From: an uncultured delta proteobacterium
Lineage (GTDB): Bacteria > Desulfobacterota > Binatia > Binatales > Binataceae
Length of the DNA: 64,000 nucleotides
Direction: 5' to 3'
Assembly (NCBI GenBank): GCA_963774665.1
Contig: CAVZGB010000021.1
Span: 255,467-319,466 of the forward strand
Positions 39,457-46,747 of this stretch are shown piece by piece. Positions within the stretch are counted from its first letter, which is position 1. Each line of letters starts with the position of its first letter. The translations under genes were made by a program, and so were the position numbers. A model generated the notes under the pieces. The model saw only the letters and a program-made list of their open reading frames with translations. It had not been told where the DNA came from and did no database searches.

Positions 39457-39537
39457 CTACAAAGCCGGCGCGCAGGCGGGTGCATCGAGGTGCCAGCGCC
39501 ACCATCCCGCGCAAACATTTCGGCTCATGAGATTCAT
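39457..39537 (-). CDS. trpL: trp operon leader peptide (MNLMSRNVCAGWWRWHLDAPACAPAL*) with three Trp codons in a 4-codon stretch
   Basis: 26-codon ORF between the upstream gene's stop and the attenuator terminator. TGG TGG CGC TGG falls at codons 12-15. The CGCCTGCG segment in the ORF can pair with CGCAGGCG in the terminator's left arm, giving an antiterminator. Confidence 0.55.
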   Translation of the reverse strand: MNLMSRNVCAGWWRWHLDAPACAPAL

Positions 39538-39544
39538 CTTGGGG

Positions 39545-40270
39545 TTAATCATGATGGCGAGTCAGGTGCTTGTCAACTGGATGAGCCGTCCCGACTACTC
39601 CGAGGGTGAAGTTCAGGGTGGTGAAGTATGGGACGAAGAGGCCGCCGGATTCGGTGACGTCGAAGTAGCGCGCGATGCGTTCGATCATCAGGCGGTCGTC
39701 GAAGCCGGTGTGTTCGTGACGCGGGATTTTGTCGGTTTGGCTTAGCGCGCCTGCCACCAGGTCGCGCCAGGACAGGCGGTCGCCGTACATCCCAAGCGCA
39801 CGGTAGCCGAGTTGCTTCGCTACCAGCATCGCGCCGCGCTCGACCGGGATAGTGAAGAACACCGGGCCGCGCACGACGCGCGCGAGAAGCCGCAGATAGC
39901 CATCGACGTGTTCGTCGGGAAGGTGCTCGAGCGTCTCCATGCAGATGCCGACGTCGAAGGTCGCCGACAGGTCGATGTCGGATGGCGATTTCGATTTCAT
40001 GATCGCCACTTCGGAGCGCGTGGCCCATTGCGCCTTTACCCAGTCCAGGATGTCGTCGTCGGCCTCGTAGCCGACGTATCGGTTGACGGCAATACCGCTG
40101 CGCTCGAGGTAGGAGATCGTTTTTGCGTCGTAGCATCCGATTTCGATTATGTCGGCGCGGCGGATGTTCAGCCGGCGCAATCGATCGACGAGCCACCAGA
40201 AGCGGCGCTCGTGCAGGAAGCGGCGCGCGCGATTACCGTTAAAGAGACTATCGTTGTAGGTGTCGGGCAT
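39545..40270 (-). CDS. Class I SAM-dependent methyltransferase (putative)
   Basis: Rossmann-like …IIEIGCYDAKT…VGYEADDD… and LEHLPDE. The start is taken at MPDTYND, because the first 28 codons of the track ORF run through the AT-rich palindrome. Confidence 0.5.
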   Translation of the reverse strand: MPDTYNDSLFNGNRARRFLHERRFWWLVDRLRRLNIRRADIIEIGCYDAKTISYLERSGIAVNRYVGYEADDDILDWVKAQWATRSEVAIMKSKSPSDIDLSATFDVGICMETLEHLPDEHVDGYLRLLARVVRGPVFFTIPVERGAMLVAKQLGYRALGMYGDRLSWRDLVAGALSQTDKIPRHEHTGFDDRLMIERIARYFDVTESGGLFVPYFTTLNFTLGVVGTAHPVDKHLTRHHD

Positions 40271-40271
40271 T

Positions 40272-40349
40272 AGTAGGACGAAATTTATTTCGTCGATTCC
40301 GATTTGACGGAATAAACTATTTATTTGACGGAATAAATTCCGTCCTACT
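40272..40349. promoter_or_regulatory. AT-rich dyad-symmetric element: 22-nt imperfect inverted repeats (GTAGGACGAAATTTATTTCGTC … GACGGAATAAATTCCGTCCTAC) flanking a direct repeat TTTGACGGAATAAA x2
   Basis: Seen directly. About 30% GC in a genome that looks 60-65% GC. Lies between the SPOR-protein gene stop and the methyltransferase start. Confidence 0.5.
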
Positions 40350-40350
40350 G

Positions 40351-41049
40351 TCAATGCGAGGTCGTGTAGGCCTGCTTGTATTGTTCGCGCAGTTGGTTTT
40401 GTGCGGCGTTGGCTTCGTCGGCGCTCGCATAAGGGCCGACGCGGACGCGATACCAGACCCCGCCGTTGAGCGCGGTTTTCACTTCCTGCGCGTTGTAGCC
40501 AAGGCCCTTCAGCCGCGAGACCATCTCGTCCGCCCCACTCTTGTCCATCACGGCTTCGATCTGAATGTTGTAACCCTTGGAGCCGGGAGGAAGAGCGCGC
40601 GGCGGTGCGGTGGGCGCCGAGGCTTCCTCGGTATCGTCTTCGGTGTCCTCATCAGATGGAGGGTTAGCCGCAGGCGCCACGGCCGGCGGTCTGATGCGTG
40701 CGACGGCGGCCGGTGAAGTTCGCGCTGCGGGATGCGCTTCGCCGATTGCGGGCGCTGGCGGTTTGACCGGCTCATGCGGGATGGCGGGCACGGCGGCCCG
40801 CCCCACTGATGGCGGCACCGACGCGACCGCAGGCGACGCGGCGGCCGCCGGCGACATCTCGGATACCGGAGGCAGCTTTTCAGGGGGATTCGGCAGCGGG
40901 TAGGTCGAAGAGATTTGACTCACGTCGGGCTGCGTCTGCCGCGCCATCTCGTAGCCCGCGACCAGTCCCAGCGCGAAGACCGCACCCGAGAGTCCGACCA
41001 ATCCGGCTAGAATCAGAAACCCGCCGCCCGCCCTGATTTCGAATCGCAT
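40351..41049 (-). CDS. SPOR-domain cell-division protein (FtsN/DedD-like): N-terminal transmembrane anchor, Pro/Ala-rich linker, C-terminal SPOR
   Basis: C-terminal …GYNIQIEAVMDKSGADEMVSRLKGLGYNAQ…GVWYRVRVGPYASADEANAAQNQL. Lies downstream of argS, as is typical. Confidence 0.75.
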   Translation of the reverse strand: MRFEIRAGGGFLILAGLVGLSGAVFALGLVAGYEMARQTQPDVSQISSTYPLPNPPEKLPPVSEMSPAAAASPAVASVPPSVGRAAVPAIPHEPVKPPAPAIGEAHPAARTSPAAVARIRPPAVAPAANPPSDEDTEDDTEEASAPTAPPRALPPGSKGYNIQIEAVMDKSGADEMVSRLKGLGYNAQEVKTALNGGVWYRVRVGPYASADEANAAQNQLREQYKQAYTTSH

Positions 41050-41065
41050 CAGCTTCTTCCGTTCC

Positions 41066-42742
41066 TCACATCCGCTCCGGAGCGCTCACTCCGAGCAACT
41101 CCAGTCCGCCCGCGATCGCATCCTTGAGAATCCCGGCCATGTACATCCGCGCCAAACTGAGCTCGCGATCCGGTCCAATTATACGATTCGCGGGCTTGTT
41201 GTAGTAGCGATGGAACTCGCCGGCCAAATCGAGCAGATAGAACGGAATCCGATGCGGCTCGAGCGCCTCGGCGGCGGCGGACATGACGTCGGGGAGTCCA
41301 ATCGCGCGCTTGGCGAGATCGAGTTCCTCGGCGCCGAGCAAATTGAGATCGATCGCGGACGTGTCCGCGGGAAGCGTCAAGTCCTTCGCTGCCCCCTCGC
41401 GGAAGATACTCGCGAGGCGCGCGTGCGCATACTGGACGTAAAAGACGGGATTTTCCGGCGCCTGCTTTTTGGCGAGTTCGAGATCGAAATCGAGCTGGCT
41501 GTCGGACTTGCGGAACAAAAAGAAAAATCGCACCACGTCGGCGCCGACCTCGTCGATCAACTCGTCGAGCGTGACGTATGTCGCCTTGCGCGTCGACATT
41601 TTGACTTTCTCGCCAGCGCGCGTGAGCGTGACGAACTGGTAGATGATCGCGTGGACCGGAGTGATGTCGTAGCCGAGCGCCTTGACCGCGGCGATGACCT
41701 CCTGGTGCTCAGCGATATGATCGGCGCCGAAGACGTCGACGATCAAGTCGAAACCGCGCTTCAGCTTCTCGATGTGATAGGCGATGTCGGGCGTGCGGTA
41801 AGTCGGCTGCTTGTCGGGTCCGGAGCGCACCAGCACCGCATCCTTGGGAAGTCCAAGCGGCTCGCCGCGCAGGAATATCGCGCCGTCCTGCTCGAAGGTG
41901 AGACCCGCGTCGTGCAAAGCCTTCAGGACATCGTCGACCTTTCCCGCGTTGAAGAGATCGAGTTCGTTGGTGAAGACGTCGAAGCGTATTCCGAGGCGCG
42001 TGCAGGTCTGATTGATGTCGGCGAAGATCGCTTTGACAGCCACCGAGCGGAAAATCTCGAGATCGGTCACGGACACGAGCGAATCGCCCCGCTCCGCTTT
42101 CAATGCGCGCGCGATGTCGACGATGTACTCGCCCTGGTAGCCGTCGGGGGGCATCGGAGCGTCGATGCCGTGCGCTTGCAGATAGCGCGCTCGGACCGAC
42201 TCGCCGAGCAGCTTCATCTGGCGGCCGCCGTCGTTGAAATAATATTCGCGCGTTACGTCGAAGCCCGCCGCCTCGTAAAGGCGCGCGATCGTGTCCCCGA
42301 GCACCGCATTGCGGCCATGACCGACGGTCACGGGTCCGGTGGGATTTGCGGAGAGAAATTCGACCTGGACCTTCTTTCCAGCGCCCGGACGCAACTCCCA
42401 CGAGCGTGGCTTCCAGAACGCGCGGCCCGCGCTCGCAGCCTGGCGCATCTCGGAATGCCAGTACGTCGGCGACATTTTGAAATTGATGAAGCCGGGGCCG
42501 GCGACTGAGACCTCGCTTACTTCGGCGGGCAGCGTGACGTGCGACTTGATTATCTCGGCGATTGCGCGAGGCGGTTTGCGCTCGGGCTTCGCGAGCGTCA
42601 GCGCGATGTTCGAGGCGATGTCGCCGTGGGCGGAATCGCGCGGCGCCTCGATTCCGATCGACGGAACTTCGGAACTCAACTGACCAGCGGCGCGCGCCCG
42701 CCCGATTGCGTCGCGAAGGATGGAGACGATCAGTTCTTTCAT
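41066..42742 (-). CDS. argS: Arginine--tRNA ligase
   Basis: 558 aa with class I HIGH-type (…PTGPVTVGHGRN…) and KMSK-like (KMSTRK) motifs, plus the C-terminal DALR anticodon-binding domain. Confidence 0.95.
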   Translation of the reverse strand: MKELIVSILRDAIGRARAAGQLSSEVPSIGIEAPRDSAHGDIASNIALTLAKPERKPPRAIAEIIKSHVTLPAEVSEVSVAGPGFINFKMSPTYWHSEMRQAASAGRAFWKPRSWELRPGAGKKVQVEFLSANPTGPVTVGHGRNAVLGDTIARLYEAAGFDVTREYYFNDGGRQMKLLGESVRARYLQAHGIDAPMPPDGYQGEYIVDIARALKAERGDSLVSVTDLEIFRSVAVKAIFADINQTCTRLGIRFDVFTNELDLFNAGKVDDVLKALHDAGLTFEQDGAIFLRGEPLGLPKDAVLVRSGPDKQPTYRTPDIAYHIEKLKRGFDLIVDVFGADHIAEHQEVIAAVKALGYDITPVHAIIYQFVTLTRAGEKVKMSTRKATYVTLDELIDEVGADVVRFFFLFRKSDSQLDFDLELAKKQAPENPVFYVQYAHARLASIFREGAAKDLTLPADTSAIDLNLLGAEELDLAKRAIGLPDVMSAAAEALEPHRIPFYLLDLAGEFHRYYNKPANRIIGPDRELSLARMYMAGILKDAIAGGLELLGVSAPERM

Positions 42743-42862
42743 TGCAGCAGCCGTGGGCGCTTACCGCAATCGTGTCAGATAGAAGCCGTCATGTTAAGGC
42801 GGGTTGACCCTCGCGACGGTGCGATGCGAACGTGGAAGCCAATCATATAGAGGTTATCCACA

Positions 42863-43642
42863 ATGGAACTCGGACTTGGCGGCAAAGCGGCAATCGTCAC
42901 TGGCGGGAGCAAGGGAATCGGGCGCGCGACCGCAATCGGGCTCGCAGCGGAAGGCGCGTCGGTGCTGGTATGCGCGCGCGGTCGCGAGGCGCTGGATGAA
43001 ACCGTAAAGCTGGCGCGCGGACGCGACGGCGCTCGCGTTGAAGCGATCCAGGCGGACCTCAACCAACCTGAAGACGTGAAGCGAGTCGTCGCGCGATGCG
43101 TCGAGGCGTTCGGCAAAATCGACATCCTGGTGAACAACGCGGGCAGCGCGCGGCCCGGCGATTTTCAGAAGCTCACCGATGACGAATGGCTCGAGGATTG
43201 GAATCTCAAGTTCTTCGGCTACGTGCGAATGGCGCGCGAAGTCTTGCCGCAGATGCAAAATCAGGGGCATGGCGTCGTTGTCAACGTGATCGGAACCGGC
43301 GGGCTGATCCCGACTGGCGGCTACATGATCGGCGGATCGGCAAATGCTGCGCTCAACCATTTTACCAAGGCGCTCGCGAACGAGGGATCGAAGCATGGCG
43401 TGCGCGTCGTGGGCGTGAATCCAGGGCCTATTTTCACCGACAGGCTGCGTCTATTCACCGAGCGGCGCGCAGCGGGCGGCAACATCGACGAGGTGCTGAA
43501 GCGGATGACGCCGCTCGGGCGTCCCGGCAAAGCGGAGGAAGTCGCGGACCTGGTGATGTTCCTCGCGTCGGAGCGGGCGGCTTTCATTCATGGCGCGAAC
43601 ATCACGATCGACGGCGGCGCGAATCCGGGGCTGATCGGGTAA
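42863..43642 (+). CDS. SDR-family oxidoreductase (3-oxoacyl-ACP reductase-like)
   Basis: TGGSKGIGRA cofactor motif, NNAG, and a Y-x3-K catalytic core. Confidence 0.85.
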   Translation: MELGLGGKAAIVTGGSKGIGRATAIGLAAEGASVLVCARGREALDETVKLARGRDGARVEAIQADLNQPEDVKRVVARCVEAFGKIDILVNNAGSARPGDFQKLTDDEWLEDWNLKFFGYVRMAREVLPQMQNQGHGVVVNVIGTGGLIPTGGYMIGGSANAALNHFTKALANEGSKHGVRVVGVNPGPIFTDRLRLFTERRAAGGNIDEVLKRMTPLGRPGKAEEVADLVMFLASERAAFIHGANITIDGGANPGLIG

Positions 43643-43643
43643 G

Positions 43644-43748
43644 TCACTTTATTGAATGTGAAACCCGCGCGTGGGTTTCACGCTTCCTTGGGCAGGGGTG
43701 ACCCCTGCACCCAGTGAGAAGAAAAGATGCGGGACTTCGTCCCTGTTA
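43644..43748 (+). repeat. Family 1 repeat, copy C (full three-hairpin unit)
   Basis: Starts 2 nt after the SDR gene stop. About 90% identical to copy A at 154-265. Confidence 0.8.
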
Positions 43749-43829
43749 GGAGCGTTAGTTCGCTGGGAGGTTTGTCTGCGCCTGTGTTCCCTTCTCGAGC
43801 GAGCGAAGTGCGGTTACTCCATCCCCTCT

Positions 43830-43870
43830 GGTTCCCCTTCCCACTATGGGAAGGGGTTAGGGGTTAGGTT
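43830..43870 (+). repeat. Family 2 repeat, copy iii (CCCCTTCCC ACTA TGGGAAGGGG hairpin followed by TTAGGGGTTAGGTT)
   Basis: About 80 nt downstream of family 1 copy C. Overlaps the last codons of the convergent VOC gene. Confidence 0.75.
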
Positions 43871-44315
43871 CCTTCTTCCTAGTCCAGGTAGGGTCGCTAT
43901 TTAGAGTTGGATAGCCTGAGCCTAGTTGGATCAGGACGCCGTGGGAGGAGCGCGGGGAGATGAAGGACTCGAAGCTGGTTGGCGACCACTCGTGCTCGTC
44001 AACGATTCGCACGCCCTGCTCTTTCAGCCCGACGGTCTTTTCCTTGCAGTCGGGGACGTTGAACGTCAAATGATGCATCCCCTCGCCGCGCTTCTCAAGG
44101 AACTTGTGCAGAAACGAACTCGCTCCGAGCGGCTCCAGGAGCTCGATTGACAGTCCGTTCAGATCGAACGCAGCCAGCGTGAAGCCGGCCGCTTCATTGG
44201 CAGCCTCAAATTGAAAAGTGGCGCCGAGAACGCCTTCGAAAAACTTGCGCGCCTCGGCGACGCTCTTCACCGCGATTCCGATATGGTCGAGTTTGCCGAT
44301 TGGTGGATTTGCCAT
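43857..44315 (-). CDS. Glyoxalase/VOC-family protein (methylmalonyl-CoA epimerase-like)
   Basis: 152 aa from MANPPIGKLDHIGIAVKS… with …GMHHLTFNV…. The upstream 144 codons of the track ORF are Arg-rich out-of-frame noise and are discounted. Confidence 0.65.
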   Translation of the reverse strand: MANPPIGKLDHIGIAVKSVAEARKFFEGVLGATFQFEAANEAAGFTLAAFDLNGLSIELLEPLGASSFLHKFLEKRGEGMHHLTFNVPDCKEKTVGLKEQGVRIVDEHEWSPTSFESFISPRSSHGVLIQLGSGYPTLNSDPTWTRKKEPNP

Positions 44316-44366
44316 CGCCACAGTCTCCAGATCGATTGACGTGATGTCGAATATGATCGAATAGAG

Positions 44367-44867
44367 ATGGCTATGCCAGCGACGCAATGGAAGATGCCAC
44401 CGATTATCAAGGTGTACGAAGCCCTCGGAGCGATTGGAGACGGACGCGTGCGAGTTGAGGACGAGCGGCGGGCGACGGTGACGTCGTCGGACGGGTCGAA
44501 GACTTATGAGGTCGAAACATCGGCCGACGGGCGCGAGATCGCATCGAACGACAACGCGTCGTACTGGCAGGGCTACGTTGGATATCCTGCAATTGCGGTG
44601 CTGATCGCGCGCGGGCTTTATCGTCCACCGGCGAACGTCACCGACGCGCTGGCGGGAGTGCCGTGGAAGGAGCTCAATCGCAAGTACAAGAATGACTTTG
44701 CGAAGACGATTGCGGAAGTCGAGAAAGAGCTCGAGCAGGCCGGGCACGATCCCGATGCGGTGCGATCGGAAGCTGAGGCCGTACTGAATTTTCTTCGGAC
44801 ACTGCGGCCGGTGCGCGGCAAGCGCACTCGCCCACCGTCGGAAAAGCCGGCAGTCAAGATTCGCTAG
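44367..44867 (+). CDS. Hypothetical protein
   Basis: 166 aa with balanced composition (…YEVETSADGREIASNDNASYWQGYVGYPAIAVLIARGLY…). No family recognised. Confidence 0.4.
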   Translation: MAMPATQWKMPPIIKVYEALGAIGDGRVRVEDERRATVTSSDGSKTYEVETSADGREIASNDNASYWQGYVGYPAIAVLIARGLYRPPANVTDALAGVPWKELNRKYKNDFAKTIAEVEKELEQAGHDPDAVRSEAEAVLNFLRTLRPVRGKRTRPPSEKPAVKIR

Positions 44868-44871
44868 CTAA

Positions 44872-45180
44872 TTAGCTGCAGGTACCTGTCACTGACACAT
44901 TGTACGACTGCACGAGAAAGAAATCGCGCACGCTCAGCTCCGTTGTCACTCCCGACACTTTGCCGGTGGCGCAGTTGCTCAGCAGGTTCGCGAGCGCGGT
45001 CTGGGTGAGTCCTTGCGGCGCTACCAGATGTAGGTAGCCAAGGTCGCTGGCGTTCGCGCTGATTGGATTTCCGGCGCCGGAGCGGTCGGCGATCGCGCTC
45101 GATTGCACGAAGACGCATCCGTAACTCTGCGCGCATCCCGCAACAATCGCGGCCACAAGGATCCAGTTGAGGCGTTTCAT
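44872..45180 (-). CDS. Small lipoprotein
   Basis: Signal peptide plus lipobox MKRLNWILVAAIVAGCA. Start is at M8 of the track ORF. Confidence 0.5.
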   Translation of the reverse strand: MKRLNWILVAAIVAGCAQSYGCVFVQSSAIADRSGAGNPISANASDLGYLHLVAPQGLTQTALANLLSNCATGKVSGVTTELSVRDFFLVQSYNVSVTGTCS

Positions 45181-45282
45181 CGTCGCGATGCTAATTCGCA
45201 TAGTGAATTTGTGTCAATCGCACTGTTGCGCGAGCGGTCGGGATGGTAACGTTGCAAGACTCGAGACGGGACGGGGGCTTCG

Positions 45283-45987
45283 ATGGCGAATGGGGCTGGC
45301 GGCTCGATCGCACCTTACTTCACGATTTGGACTGAACCGCGCGCGACGATTCGGCGTATCGTCGACACGAATCCGACCCGCAACGTAATCGCGCTCGCGG
45401 CTATCGGGCCAGCGATTAGTGCGCTTTCCTTTGAGTGTTTGAAGGCGAAAGAGCTCGGCAGCGAACACATCAGTCTGCTATGGGCCACCGCCTTCGTCGC
45501 AGCCAAGCCAGTTCTCGGAGTAATCAACCTGTTTATTGGTGGCGTGGTTTTAAGATGGACAGGAAGCCTGCTGGGCGGCGTCGCGAGCTCCGTCGAACTG
45601 CGGGCCGCGATCGCGTGGCCTCAGGTAATCAAGATTGGCGGTGGGATTCTCGGGCTGCTGATCTGGATCGTGCTCGGCATGCCGGTACCTCATCTTACGC
45701 CTGGAACGTTGCAGCAAATCGATTCTCCGTTTCCTCGTATCGCGGTCGTCGGGGGACTAGTCGGAGGAGCGTTCGTGTTTTGGGAACTCGTCGTCTGGCT
45801 GAAGTGTATTGGCGAGGTGCATCGTTTCTCGGCATGGCGCGCATTGGCGGCGACGCTGATACCAGGGCTCATTGGGTTTGCCGCATTCGTTTTCATCGAC
45901 TCTGCATTGGGTCCTCTATTACATCACCGATCAAATTCACCTAAAATCGCGCAGCCTGAACCGAGAAGCGACGGCGCTCATCCCTGA
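45283..45987 (+). CDS. Yip1-domain membrane protein, paralog 1
   Basis: 234 aa with five transmembrane segments. The N-terminal 45 aa and 60 nt of 5' leader are identical to paralog 2. Confidence 0.55.
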   Translation: MANGAGGSIAPYFTIWTEPRATIRRIVDTNPTRNVIALAAIGPAISALSFECLKAKELGSEHISLLWATAFVAAKPVLGVINLFIGGVVLRWTGSLLGGVASSVELRAAIAWPQVIKIGGGILGLLIWIVLGMPVPHLTPGTLQQIDSPFPRIAVVGGLVGGAFVFWELVVWLKCIGEVHRFSAWRALAATLIPGLIGFAAFVFIDSALGPLLHHRSNSPKIAQPEPRSDGAHP

Positions 45988-46104
45988 CTGCGGCCCCGCG
46001 CGATTGTAACGACCTCATGCTCTCGACTGCGGCCGAGCTTCCATCTGTTGCGCGAGCGGTCGGGATGGTAACGTTGCTAGACTCGAGACGGGACGGGGGC
46101 TTCG

Positions 46105-46743
46105 ATGGCGAATGGGGCTGGCGGCTCGATCGCACCTTACTTCACGATTTGGACTGAACCGCGCGCGACGATTCGGCGTATCGTCGACACGAATCCGACC
46201 CGCAACGTAATCGCGCTCGCGGCTATCGGGCCCGCCGTCGGTGCGCTGGCGAATCAGTGGTCGAAGGCGCTGGGCGATACCACCAATCTGTCGTCGCTGT
46301 GGCCGATCGAGGTCGCGTTCTCGGTCGCATTCGCGGCGGTCCTCGGCGTGGTCTCTCTGTACATTTCGGGCGTGATCTTGAAATGGTCGGGAGGACTGCT
46401 AGGCGGCGTCGCGAGCCGGGTCGAAGTGCGGGCCGCGCTGGCCTGGGGGCAGATTCCTGCGATCGCCGCCGAGATCATCCTGCTGCTCGCGGTCCTTCAG
46501 GGCATCGCAATACCGCATCCGACGGCAGCCGAGATGCTCAAGGTCGATCCGGCGTTTTACAAGGTCGGCGTCGTCGAAGGCGTGCTGACAATCTGGGGCA
46601 GTATCGTCGTGCTGTACTGTATCGCCGAAGTGCATCGATTCTCCGCGTGGCGGGCGTTTTGCGCGACTCTGATCCCGGCTCTCATTGCGATGGTCGTCCT
46701 CGGGGCCGCGGTCTGGGTGCTCTACGGACTCGTCCATCACTGA
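46105..46743 (+). CDS. Yip1-domain membrane protein, paralog 2
   Basis: 212 aa, about 45% identical to paralog 1 after residue 46. The shared C-terminal motif is …IAEVHRFSAWRA…. Confidence 0.55.
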   Translation: MANGAGGSIAPYFTIWTEPRATIRRIVDTNPTRNVIALAAIGPAVGALANQWSKALGDTTNLSSLWPIEVAFSVAFAAVLGVVSLYISGVILKWSGGLLGGVASRVEVRAALAWGQIPAIAAEIILLLAVLQGIAIPHPTAAEMLKVDPAFYKVGVVEGVLTIWGSIVVLYCIAEVHRFSAWRAFCATLIPALIAMVVLGAAVWVLYGLVHH

Positions 46744-46747
46744 GGGA

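Noticed and set aside
43857-44747. 296-aa minus-strand ORF as one protein
   Set aside because: Only the C-terminal 152 residues (VOC/glyoxalase fold) look like protein. The N-terminal half is Arg-rich noise and overlaps a plausible plus-strand gene (44367..44867).
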